From contig CANQAF010000001.1 of NCBI GenBank assembly GCA_947588975.1, forward strand, positions 1-47,570: a DNA stretch of 47,570 bases, in the 5' to 3' direction. Source of the DNA: an uncultured Bacilli bacterium (GTDB lineage: Bacteria; Bacillota_I; Bacilli_A; RF39; UBA660). The translations under genes were made by a program, and so were the position numbers. Positions 39,249-47,570 of this stretch are shown here, piece by piece; position 1 is the stretch's first letter; each line of letters begins with the position of its first letter. The notes under the pieces were generated by a model. That model was given only the letters and a program-made list of their open reading frames with translations, had not been told where the DNA came from and did no database searches.

Positions 39249-41354
39249 TTACTGAATCACTCTGATATATTTTTTTAGTCTTTCTTGCCACTTAGATTCT
39301 TTCATCAATTTATCGTATTCTTTGGATTCCTTAAAACCATTTTTTATTGCTTTTTTAATCATAGTATCGAATTCTTTAGGTCCACTATAAAAATACACCA
39401 TGTCTTTAAATTGATTTAGCTCTTCCCAATAAGTTGTAACAACAGGTTTCTTCATATATAGATATTCATACACTTTAACTGGATCCACATATTCAATTAT
39501 TTCATTAATTAAAAATGGCATAATGAGAACATCACTATTCTCAATATATTGTGGAACTAAATCATGTTCAATTGGACCATGAAACTTTATATTGCTACTT
39601 TCCAAATTTACTGTTTCTTCTTTGACTGCATTATTAATTGGACCTATGATATCAATATGGAAATTTGGATTATTCTTTCCAAATGCTGCAATGCTTTCAA
39701 AATCAAACCAATCATCTACTGTACCTATATATACAATGTTTGGATGTTGTAAATTTGTAGTAGTTTTCTTATAATTTTCGAATAAACAATGGTCATATCC
39801 ATTTCGAACTACAGTAATTTTATCTTTACAATCACACATTTTTATTAATTTATTTTTCAATTTGTCCGCTGATACAATTACATGTTCTGAACAACGTATT
39901 AAACTATTTTGCTTATCGCGAAATGCCGCAACATTAGGTTCCCAACCCTCATAATTATCCATACATTCATAATATATTTTTGTACCTTTGATTACCTGTA
40001 ATTTCATGAAAAAGAAATCTGTCTGATTTGGATTTGTTAAAATAATTTTGTCATAATTCCAAAAGGAAGTACGAATTACACTCCAAATTGAATTTACAGT
40101 TGTTCGCCACCTTGAATTGGCAGGAAATATTTTAAATGCTTTAATATGAAAATGTTTTATATTTACTTTATTATTAACTTGATTTATTTTATCGTTTGGC
40201 ATGTATCTTTTATATAATTCTTGATATCGATAGTCCACATCATAATTTCCTTTTGTCGCTAATTCCATTGCAACGAAATGCGGTCTTTGTTTAATCCACT
40301 TCCAAGTAACTAAAGAAAAATATAAAACTTTCTGACGACGCCTTAATTTTTTTATCAACCATGTAATTGGCAATAATATAATGTGAACAAATAATAAAAT
40401 TAATTTTGTAATCTTTAGTAATGTTCCCATAAACACAACTCCTCTTATTTTTCGAAACGCTTTATCAATTTTTAACGCATGAATAATAGGGAGTGATTTT
40501 TCTTCAACGCTACGAAATTTTGTAAAAAAATCTAATAGAAATAAACCTTTTTTCCCTTTTCTAGCCCTATTATAGTGCTCATGATAATAACGTCTACTTT
40601 TTTGTAAATTTTTGTATTTTTTCATATAATTCAAATTTTTATCAATTGTAACAGATTCATAATGTTTAAATTTACAATTGTTAAGAATTACATTATAATA
40701 TCCCATATTTTTTAACTTATTTCCTAAAATATCTTCTTCATAATACAAAAAAGTATTCTCATCAAAATAACCTACTTGTTGAAAAATAGAATGTCTTATG
40801 AGAAAGAAAGACCCAGCTACACAATCAACATAGGTTACTTTTTTATCCCAAACATTTGCTGGATAATACTCTGAATATCTTGTTTGAAATAATTCAGTTA
40901 GTAAAAGTGAACTACTTATGATATCTCCTTTTAATGTCCTAAGTTTCCACCCAGACAATGGATGTGGATTATTATTGATATCATACATTCTAGGAGCTGC
41001 AATTGCTACCTTTGGATGACTATCCAGAAAAGAAATACATTGTTGAAAAGCTTTTTCTGAGACTTCTATGTCAGAATTTGATATCGTAATGTATTTATAT
41101 TCCCCATATGTCTGGTTTAGATATCTAATAGCGTAATTATTCCCATATGCATACCCTTTATTCCCATCTGTTACAATCACATCTACTTTATCGCTTTTCA
41201 ATGGTTTTAATAGTTCATAAGAACCATCAGGGGATAAGTTATCTACAACAATAATTTTATCAATACAATCATAATTTTTAATACAATTTACGTATTTAGT
41301 GGTTGTTTTGGCGTCATTATAATTTAATACAATCACTGCTAATGTTTTTGCCAT
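39249..41354 (-). CDS. Fusion glycosyltransferase: N-terminal GT2 module, central TM segment, C-terminal GT-B-like module
   Basis: N-terminus LAVIVLNYND...VVDNLSPDGS is a paralogue of gene 41430-42275. TM segment ITKLILLFVHIILLPITWLI. The C-terminal half begins VLYFSLVTWKWIKQRPHFVAMELA. Confidence 0.8.
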   Translation of the reverse strand: MAKTLAVIVLNYNDAKTTTKYVNCIKNYDCIDKIIVVDNLSPDGSYELLKPLKSDKVDVIVTDGNKGYAYGNNYAIRYLNQTYGEYKYITISNSDIEVSEKAFQQCISFLDSHPKVAIAAPRMYDINNNPHPLSGWKLRTLKGDIISSSLLLTELFQTRYSEYYPANVWDKKVTYVDCVAGSFFLIRHSIFQQVGYFDENTFLYYEEDILGNKLKNMGYYNVILNNCKFKHYESVTIDKNLNYMKKYKNLQKSRRYYHEHYNRARKGKKGLFLLDFFTKFRSVEEKSLPIIHALKIDKAFRKIRGVVFMGTLLKITKLILLFVHIILLPITWLIKKLRRRQKVLYFSLVTWKWIKQRPHFVAMELATKGNYDVDYRYQELYKRYMPNDKINQVNNKVNIKHFHIKAFKIFPANSRWRTTVNSIWSVIRTSFWNYDKIILTNPNQTDFFFMKLQVIKGTKIYYECMDNYEGWEPNVAAFRDKQNSLIRCSEHVIVSADKLKNKLIKMCDCKDKITVVRNGYDHCLFENYKKTTTNLQHPNIVYIGTVDDWFDFESIAAFGKNNPNFHIDIIGPINNAVKEETVNLESSNIKFHGPIEHDLVPQYIENSDVLIMPFLINEIIEYVDPVKVYEYLYMKKPVVTTYWEELNQFKDMVYFYSGPKEFDTMIKKAIKNGFKESKEYDKLMKESKWQERLKKYIRVIQ

Positions 41355-41429
41355 ACTAACCCTCGTTTCTGTATATAATATACCTTTTATGTATATAATT
41401 ATATCATATATTTTTATATTTTTATATTT

Positions 41430-42275
41430 TTATTTAGAATTACGAATTTTTAAGCCTATTGCTCCTATCCAAAATAATAATCTCATTACCACACGGTTTA
41501 ATAATCCCGCATGATTATATTTTACTTGAAAATAATATTGACTACTTTTCAAATTTTTATATTTTTGAACACTAGTATGCACTTTATCAATTGTAACAGA
41601 ATGATTGTGGAAAATTTCTACCTTACCATTGACTTTTACTTTTTTCCCAATGTTGTTTAATTTCTTAGACAATACATTCTCTTCATAATACAAAAATAAA
41701 TTTTCATCAAAATAATTTACTTGTTTTAATATAGACCCTTGTATAATAAAAAAACTCCCGGAAACTGCTTCTACTTGTACAGTATTCATTCCAATTTGTT
41801 CTCTACTATACTCTAATTTCTTTTTAAATTTTTTATAAATATATGGCATACTGAGTAATATGTCCTGCCAAGGTGTTGGAATTTTCCAGCCACAATTGTA
41901 TCCTTCATGTTCACGGATAACAGGACCTACAACTGCTGTTTCATCATCTAGTGTATTCAATAACTCCTTTAAATCTGATTCCCCATATAAAATAATATCT
42001 GTATTACTAATAATGATATTTGGATTATCATAAAATTCGTTCAAGTACTTTGCACCCATATTAATTCCAAATCCATATCCACCATTATAATCACTCTGTA
42101 ATACTTTTACTCTATCGCTTTCTAATGATTTTATTTGTCCAAATGAATCATCGGTTGAGGCATTATCTACGATCACAATTTTGTCAATTATAGTATAATT
42201 TTCTAACATTTTAATCATTTTTCTTACATTAGCCTCATCATTATAATTAACCATAACCAGTCCTGTTTTTTTCAT
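41430..42275 (-). CDS. GT2 glycosyltransferase (rhamnosyltransferase-like)
   Basis: GLVMVNYNDE...VDNASTDDS...ISNTDI. 4-nt overlap with the upstream gene. Confidence 0.8.
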   Translation of the reverse strand: MKKTGLVMVNYNDEANVRKMIKMLENYTIIDKIVIVDNASTDDSFGQIKSLESDRVKVLQSDYNGGYGFGINMGAKYLNEFYDNPNIIISNTDIILYGESDLKELLNTLDDETAVVGPVIREHEGYNCGWKIPTPWQDILLSMPYIYKKFKKKLEYSREQIGMNTVQVEAVSGSFFIIQGSILKQVNYFDENLFLYYEENVLSKKLNNIGKKVKVNGKVEIFHNHSVTIDKVHTSVQKYKNLKSSQYYFQVKYNHAGLLNRVVMRLLFWIGAIGLKIRNSK

Positions 42276-43540
42276 TCATATTCACCTTCCAAACAACTAA
42301 TCAAAACATATGCCACTAGAATACTCACAGAAGGTGCAGTTATAATATGCCCAGAGAATAAGGCCAACAATAAAATCAATATCACACTAGTAATATGTGG
42401 TATAGAGGTATTTTTTAAAAGAGATTTTACTACCTTTATCAAAATCCAAAGGAAGGGAATAAAGTAAATAATACTACCTACAATACCATGTCTAAAGAAA
42501 ATATCATAATAATCCATTTCCACCATTTTTGTATTAACTTGATCAGTAGCATAATTTTCAATATAACCAATACCCAATAACTTTTCACTTAAGCTTGCAT
42601 TGATATAATTTTGTTCCGTAGTTTTCATAAAACGAATACGTTCACTAAATATAAAATGATCAATATGATCTAGCGTAAATAAATCTGCCATAGAATCAAT
42701 TTTTAAAAAATCTAAATGAATTTGAATGTTTTTATAAAATGAAGTTTTTGGTAACACCAATAATAAAGATAAAACTCCTAATATAATTAAAATTCCAAAC
42801 CTAGAAAGTTGCTTCCATTTTTTCTTTTGAAATAGTTGTATGATATAAGCTATAGAAAAAATAGCAAATGTAATTCCCATGCTTAGTATTGGTACCTTAG
42901 TTCCAATTGCAAAATAGACACTCATGATAATCACTATAGATAGGATGCTCCACCATTTTTTTTGTGCTAAAAGATAATAAAACAAAAATGGAAATAGTAT
43001 TGATAAAATTCCACCAATTTCGTTAGATGAATAGAACCACCCTATCGTCCCAACCTTGCTATAAGCATAACTATCAAATCCTGTATGCGTTAAAATAGGA
43101 ATGAATATACATGTAATATAAGTAACTAAAATAATATATAAATAATTTTGATTCACTTTTAATCTTTTTTCTAAATAGAGATTATATAATGTCAATAAGA
43201 CAATTGGAAAAAAGAAAGTTCTTAACATACTTTGACACTCATATAAAAATACCTCTGGCCCTTTAGTTAATATTATCAAAATCACATACATCATCATGTA
43301 AACTAAAATAGAAAGAATTATCAATGATATTTTCCTTTTATACCGACATTTACTAATAAAAAATAAATCATAAATTAAAATTCCTAAAAATAAAATTTTC
43401 AAAAACATAATTAATGTCAATTGAACATGTAATAGATGTATAGAAAGCGATGTCACACAATCAAAGACAGGTCCTAAAATTAACATCCAAAATATAATAG
43501 TTGTAATATGTGTTTTAATCCACTCATTTACCTTTCGCAT
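42272..43540 (-). CDS. O-antigen polymerase/ligase-like (Wzy/WaaL-type) polytopic membrane protein
   Basis: 422 aa, at least 10 TM helices, with a large late loop (…GIGYIENYATDQVNTKMVEMDYYDIFFRHGIVG) in the position of the Wzy_C loop. Confidence 0.6.
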   Translation of the reverse strand: MRKVNEWIKTHITTIIFWMLILGPVFDCVTSLSIHLLHVQLTLIMFLKILFLGILIYDLFFISKCRYKRKISLIILSILVYMMMYVILIILTKGPEVFLYECQSMLRTFFFPIVLLTLYNLYLEKRLKVNQNYLYIILVTYITCIFIPILTHTGFDSYAYSKVGTIGWFYSSNEIGGILSILFPFLFYYLLAQKKWWSILSIVIIMSVYFAIGTKVPILSMGITFAIFSIAYIIQLFQKKKWKQLSRFGILIILGVLSLLLVLPKTSFYKNIQIHLDFLKIDSMADLFTLDHIDHFIFSERIRFMKTTEQNYINASLSEKLLGIGYIENYATDQVNTKMVEMDYYDIFFRHGIVGSIIYFIPFLWILIKVVKSLLKNTSIPHITSVILILLLALFSGHIITAPSVSILVAYVLISCLEGEYE

Positions 43541-43601
43541 GCAATCATTCCATTCTATTTCGTTCTATTTTATTATAACAAAATATTCCTATAAATGCTA
43601 G

Positions 43602-43627
43602 AAAGAAGTATCTCATGATACTTCTTT
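43602..43627 (-). terminator. Terminator-like hairpin between the GT-C gene and the Wzy-like gene
   Basis: AAAGAAGTATC-tcat-GATACTTCTTT. The U-tract on the minus strand is weak. Confidence 0.4.
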
Positions 43628-43703
43628 TATATTATTAACATATTAATTTTGAAAGAAAAGTGTAATCTATAGTACTTTTTTAGTTATAAAATGTAAATTT
43701 AAT

Positions 43704-45188
43704 TTACAAATTTTTTCGTTGATAAAGAATATAAGTAACTATTTTTGTCTGATACCTCTGCGTATATTGATCCACTCGTTCATAATGTTCTTCAATCACC
43801 TTTTTATTTTTTAATGATAATGTATTTTTGATAATCACAAAATCTGGTAATTCTTCTATAATATACTCTTTTTGTGTATCCATCATTTCCGGATAATTTT
43901 CATATGAAATATTATTTTTCATAAAATAATAATATTTTGGAATAATACCAGAAACAGTATAAAAGCCACCATCCAAAAATCCAAAATTCAATAAAGAAGC
44001 ATTTGGCTTTTGATTAATAACTTCCGAAAAACGATATTGTGCATAATTTGTTTTACTTAATCCTATCATATTTGTATTTGAAGAAAAATGATAAATTAAA
44101 ATCAGCCCCAATATCACACTCAACATATTCGGAATATGAAATTGATTAGGTAAATAAGAACATATTGCAATAAACCCTATTAAAATAAAAGGCGATAATA
44201 TAAAAGGGTAATAATGATAACTTGTACCACCAATATAAATAAAAATACCTGTAGTCATAAGACATATCAATAATATAATATTTGCGCCTTTCTTTCCCCA
44301 AAAATCTTTATTAATAAATAATACTAAAAAACCAATTATAATTCCTAAAAAATATTGAAGATTTCCAAATAAAGTATGGATTAGAAGTTGGAAAGTGTGG
44401 ATAATTTTATTGAAGATAGAAATACTTTCAGGATATATTTGTATATTAATAAGAAAATATACATTCCATAGATCATCGAGTGCATGGTGATAGCCAAAGT
44501 AGATAAGCCAAGGGATAGTTGCACATAGCATCCCTAATAAATAAACAAAACAATTTATAAATGCTTCTTTATATTGCTTATTATAAATCAATATGCAAAA
44601 TACCGAAAACATCCAACCAAACCACAATCCAAGTAATGTATATTTTAGCCATAAAACACAGCCTGCTATAACACCTACTCCAAAAACAATTTTTCTTGCA
44701 ATCAAAATTTCTTCTTGTTTGAGATACCCAACTAATTGGTATAATGAAAACATAAAAAATGGCAATGTAAATTCTTCCACACTTCCACCATGACTAAACG
44801 ACTTTAATGTTAAAATACTGAAAGTAAATAATGGTAATATCATATAAGTCTTTTTTTCATTTAAAAATAATCGTAACATCTTATATGCATAATATAAAAA
44901 TATTGAAAATGATATGATCTCTAAAATAAAAACGCCAAAAAATCCCCTATGGTCAAGCAAATATCCTATTCCATAAATTAAATATAATAATGGTCCTTTT
45001 TGTTCAAACAATTGTTGATATGGAATAACTCCATTCATCATTCCTTTACCCACAGTAAAAAAGGCATTAGCATCTACCCAATCATTCATATAATACAAAA
45101 AGGAATTCTTGCTACATATAGAAAGGAATAAAAACGCAAGCATAAAACAATATAGATAAGATTTTAACCAATTATTTTTTTTCATCAT
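43704..45188 (-). CDS. GT-C fold membrane glycosyltransferase (ArnT/PMT_2-like)
   Basis: Start at ATG 45188 (MMKKNNWLKS) after SD AAGAGG. First-loop motif DWVDANAFFTVGKGMMNGVIPYQQLFEQKGPLLY. About 12 TM helices and a soluble C-terminal domain. Confidence 0.7.
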   Translation of the reverse strand: MMKKNNWLKSYLYCFMLAFLFLSICSKNSFLYYMNDWVDANAFFTVGKGMMNGVIPYQQLFEQKGPLLYLIYGIGYLLDHRGFFGVFILEIISFSIFLYYAYKMLRLFLNEKKTYMILPLFTFSILTLKSFSHGGSVEEFTLPFFMFSLYQLVGYLKQEEILIARKIVFGVGVIAGCVLWLKYTLLGLWFGWMFSVFCILIYNKQYKEAFINCFVYLLGMLCATIPWLIYFGYHHALDDLWNVYFLINIQIYPESISIFNKIIHTFQLLIHTLFGNLQYFLGIIIGFLVLFINKDFWGKKGANIILLICLMTTGIFIYIGGTSYHYYPFILSPFILIGFIAICSYLPNQFHIPNMLSVILGLILIYHFSSNTNMIGLSKTNYAQYRFSEVINQKPNASLLNFGFLDGGFYTVSGIIPKYYYFMKNNISYENYPEMMDTQKEYIIEELPDFVIIKNTLSLKNKKVIEEHYERVDQYTQRYQTKIVTYILYQRKNL

Positions 45189-45297
45189 TTTGCCTCTTTT
45201 TCTTATTCTATCACAATTTCTATTCAATTATTATAAAACTGTGTTATCTTTCCAATCATTTACACGTAGTTTGCAACAAATATCGAATTTTCTATAT

Positions 45298-45326
45298 TTG
45301 TATTATAATCAAACGCTTGCTATAAT
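45298..45326 (+). promoter_or_regulatory. Sigma-A promoter of the nuclease gene
   Basis: TTGTAT (45298-45303), 17 nt, TATAAT (45321-45326), then SD AAAGGTGG. Confidence 0.55.
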
Positions 45327-45349
45327 GCAAACAAAGGTGGTAATCATAT

Positions 45350-46093
45350 ATGAACAAACATTATTTACAATTAACAAATATCTTTACTGATATTAAAAAC
45401 AAAGGTTGGATACAAGTTCCAACACAAAATAAAATTTCACAAGGTGTATTTTTTGAACAATTGATTCAAAAACCAATAGAAAATTTTGAAATTCCAGATT
45501 TTGAAGGAATTGAAATTAAAACACATTTAGAAAAAAGCAAATCTTATATTACACTTTTTAATGCCAGTCCTGAAGGTGATTCCTTTTTTGAAATAGAACG
45601 AATCTGTAATCAATATGGGTATCCTCACTCAATATTTAAACATGTAAAAATTTTACAAGGAGATGTGAAAGCTACTAAAAGAGCCAATATTGGTGTTCAT
45701 TATCAATTTCGGATTACTGTTAACTACAAAAAGAAAAAGATTATTTTATATATTTATGATCGTAATAACAAAGTAGTGGATCAAAAAAGTTTTTGGTCAT
45801 TTTCTTTATTAGAAGAAAAACTGTACCGCAAACTACGTTATCTTGCAGTCATAGACGCTAAAAAGAAAATAATAAATAATCAAACTTACTACCAATATGA
45901 TCATATAACGCTATATCAGTTAAAAAGTTTTGAGCAATTTTTAAAACTGATTGAAGATGGAACAATCATTATTACATTCACAGTTGGTGTATTTTTAAGC
46001 GGAAAAAGAAAGGGGCAAATTCATAATCATGGTACTGCATTTCGGATTTCAAAAGAGCACTTGGAAGATTTATTTAACTCAGTAGAAATATAG
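45350..46093 (+). CDS. MvaI/BcnI-family (MutH-like PD-ExK) restriction-type endonuclease, solitary
   Basis: 247 aa. N-terminus IKNKGWIQVPT. Catalytic block PDFEGIEIK (D50, E55, K57). YITLFNASP. C-terminus IEDGTIIITFTV...GQIHNHGTAFRI. This block order matches what I remember of BcnI/MvaI. Confidence 0.65.
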   Translation: MNKHYLQLTNIFTDIKNKGWIQVPTQNKISQGVFFEQLIQKPIENFEIPDFEGIEIKTHLEKSKSYITLFNASPEGDSFFEIERICNQYGYPHSIFKHVKILQGDVKATKRANIGVHYQFRITVNYKKKKIILYIYDRNNKVVDQKSFWSFSLLEEKLYRKLRYLAVIDAKKKIINNQTYYQYDHITLYQLKSFEQFLKLIEDGTIIITFTVGVFLSGKRKGQIHNHGTAFRISKEHLEDLFNSVEI

Positions 46094-46116
46094 GGAGCAA
46101 GGGGTTGCCAAACTAC

Positions 46117-46144
46117 AAAAAAAGAACTTAATATCAAGTTCTTC
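46117..46144 (-). terminator. Intrinsic terminator of the tRNA operon
   Basis: Minus sense GAAGAACTT-gatatt-AAGTTCTT followed by T7. Confidence 0.7.
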
Positions 46145-46154
46145 ACTTTCTAAA

Positions 46155-46231
46155 TGGTCGGGAAAACAGGATTTGAACCTGCAACCCCTTGGTCCCAAAC
46201 CAAGTGCTCTACCAAGTTGAGCCATTTCCCG
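46155..46231 (-). tRNA. tRNA-Pro (anticodon UGG), CCA encoded
   Basis: Hand-folded 77 nt: CGGGAAA/TTTCCCG acceptor, GCTC/GAGC D-stem, CTTGG-TTTGGGA-CCAAG anticodon arm, GCAGG-TTCAAAT-CCTGT T-arm, ACCA end. Confidence 0.9.
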
Positions 46232-46237
46232 ATATTA

Positions 46238-46314
46238 TGGTGCGCTCGAAGGGATTCGAACCCCTGACCTTTTGGTTCGTAGCCAAACACTCTATCCAGC
46301 TGAGCTACGAGCGC
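46238..46314 (-). tRNA. tRNA-Arg (anticodon ACG), CCA encoded
   Basis: Hand-folded 77 nt: GCGCTCG/CGAGCGC acceptor, TTTGG-CTACGAA-CCAAA anticodon arm, AGGGG-TTCGAAT-CCCTT T-arm, ACCA end. Confidence 0.9.
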
Positions 46315-46322
46315 AGGCACAT

Positions 46323-46351
46323 GTATTATCATTTGAGAGTAAGAATCTCAA
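46323..46351 (-). promoter_or_regulatory. Promoter of the tRNA-Arg/tRNA-Pro operon
   Basis: Minus sense: TTGAGA (46351-46346), 17 nt, TAATAC (46328-46323) with TG at the extended -10 position. It ends about 8 nt before the tRNA-Arg 5' end. Confidence 0.5.
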
Positions 46352-46479
46352 TTCTCCCTCCAAATACAACTAATATGTTATCATATTTCCTGAACTTTCG
46401 CAACCCTATAATTTAAAATTTTTTCAATTTTCAATCTTTTCTACCAAATTATATGAATTTGCATAGTAAATTATTAACA

Positions 46480-47298
46480 CTATCTATAATTAACATATTC
46501 TAGATACTTTGCACTTTCATTTAGATCTAACTTTTCATCTTCCTCTAACTCATTATAATACCAATTGCCACCATCTACATATTGTATTTTGCCTTCTTCC
46601 TCCTGACCATAACAGTTAAATGATAATTGTGTATGTAATGGTTCTTCAGAATATAAAAAATCAATAATAGCTTGGTACCCTTCACCCTCATTTATTCCTA
46701 AATAATTTATATATTTTTCACTTGCAATTGGTGAGAATTGCCCGGGCATAACTACTTGATAATATAAATTCATTCCTGTTCCTTCGCCCATATAATTGTC
46801 AACTTCATTAATCCATTTTTCACTTAAACATCTATTATAAATTGTATTAATGACAGCATATGCATCAATATAACATGTTCCTTCACCCTTTGCTTCTGCA
46901 ATCGTGCATGCAGTCACTACTTCAAACTGTTCATATGTTAATCCATACTTTTCCAATATAATATTTAATTTCTCATCATTACTGATTTCTTTGCTATAAT
47001 CATGTTCAAGTAAACTTGCTATAATATGCATAAGACGATTTGAGATTTTTTCTTGTAATTTTATATCCCCTAATGAATACTGTAACGTGCCAAAATCTAG
47101 TCTATCCATTAACTTATGAACGGCATTATTAGTTACCATACCTATGTCAACCTTATCATCCAAATGATTTTTACTCATCAACACGAGCAAAATAATTGAA
47201 ATATAACATGTCAATTTTAATTTTAATGATTTCATATTCATCTCTATAGTAAAATTCTTTTTATTCATATACATTCTTCTTTCTATCAATATACTCAT
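46480..47298 (-). CDS. SleB/CwlJ-family (Hydrolase_2) cell-wall hydrolase domain protein with an N-terminal membrane anchor
   Basis: VVTACTIAEAKGEGTCYIDAYAVINTIYNR...YYQVVMPGQFSP matches the spore-cortex lytic hydrolase domain. TM/signal anchor LTCYISIILLVLMS. Several possible ATG starts (47298, 47274, 47268, 47232), none with a strong SD. Confidence 0.7.
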   Translation of the reverse strand: MSILIERRMYMNKKNFTIEMNMKSLKLKLTCYISIILLVLMSKNHLDDKVDIGMVTNNAVHKLMDRLDFGTLQYSLGDIKLQEKISNRLMHIIASLLEHDYSKEISNDEKLNIILEKYGLTYEQFEVVTACTIAEAKGEGTCYIDAYAVINTIYNRCLSEKWINEVDNYMGEGTGMNLYYQVVMPGQFSPIASEKYINYLGINEGEGYQAIIDFLYSEEPLHTQLSFNCYGQEEEGKIQYVDGGNWYYNELEEDEKLDLNESAKYLEYVNYR

Positions 47299-47570
47299 AT
47301 CATTTAGATCACATAAAAAAATAGTATTACTACTATATTAAAATATTTGACACACATAAAATTAGCAGACTCTATCAATTTCAAAATATTTGACAACATA
47401 GTCTTTAAACATATCGACTAATTTATGGTATTTTGCACAACAGTAACAAAGTTACCATAATTATTTTCTTTAGTCAATACTTATGAGCATAAAGATGTAG
47501 TAAACTAGATGTGGGAAAATGTAAAATTATATAAAAAAAGAGAAAACACTCAAAAATTTAAAACTGTTAT

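Noticed and set aside
45350-46314. Nuclease gene plus tRNAs as a tRNA-integrated genomic island
   Set aside because: No integrase, no direct repeat of a tRNA 3' end and no obvious compositional break by eye. The nuclease is separated from the tRNAs by a terminator and converges on them.
46150-46416. ORFs 46150-46332 (-) and 46189-46416 (+)
   Set aside because: They are translations across the tRNA-Pro and tRNA-Arg genes, which fold into complete cloverleaves with encoded CCA ends.

Overview
AT-rich chromosomal segment from an endospore-forming Firmicute, shown by a GerA-type germinant receptor operon, dacB-spmA-spmB and a SleB/CwlJ-like hydrolase. Finer taxonomy cannot be fixed from the sequence alone. 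I call 48 protein-coding genes (41 on the minus strand), two tRNAs (Arg-ACG, Pro-UGG), and several sigma-A-type promoters and intrinsic terminators read by eye. Layout, left to right: (i) 1-3018, a three-gene cluster of unknown secreted and membrane proteins; its last member runs off the window and carries motifs resembling an internal-thioester adhesin domain. (ii) 3207-10512, housekeeping: CapA-family protein, TtcA-like PP-loop ATPase, csoR-copA-copZ copper operon with a textbook CsoR operator, CsaA-like tRNA-binding protein, RumA/RlmD-type methyltransferase. (iii) 10896-14610, gerA-type operon. (iv) 15530-17001, ferredoxin, GNAT, RluB. (v) 17095-30857, a pilin-like gene at each end, enclosing a lipoprotein, dacB-spmAB, ligA, pcrA and murF. 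(vi) 30854-45188, a roughly 14-kb cell-envelope glycopolymer locus with a TagG/TagH-type exporter, many GT2/GT4 enzymes, a split Alg14/Alg13-like pair, MnaA, GtrA/GtrB-like/GT-C decoration parts and a Wzy/WaaL-like protein. (vii) 45350-47298, a solitary MvaI/BcnI-like PD-ExK nuclease, the tRNA pair and a SleB/CwlJ-like hydrolase. No transposase, integrase, CRISPR array or rRNA was seen. Most interesting items: (a) an approximately 93-nt promoter-proximal leader present twice (17952-18044 and 30731-30822, about 86 percent identical by hand alignment) in front of two otherwise dissimilar pilin-like surface proteins. Each copy holds a G10 (C10 on plus) homopolymer that forms the 5' arm of a terminator-like hairpin. 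(b) A stand-alone gene between pcrA and ligA encoding eight near-identical 34-aa tandem repeats. (c) The TED-like secreted protein cluster at the left edge. (d) The orphan restriction-type nuclease. All function calls rest on motif recognition from memory; no database search was possible.
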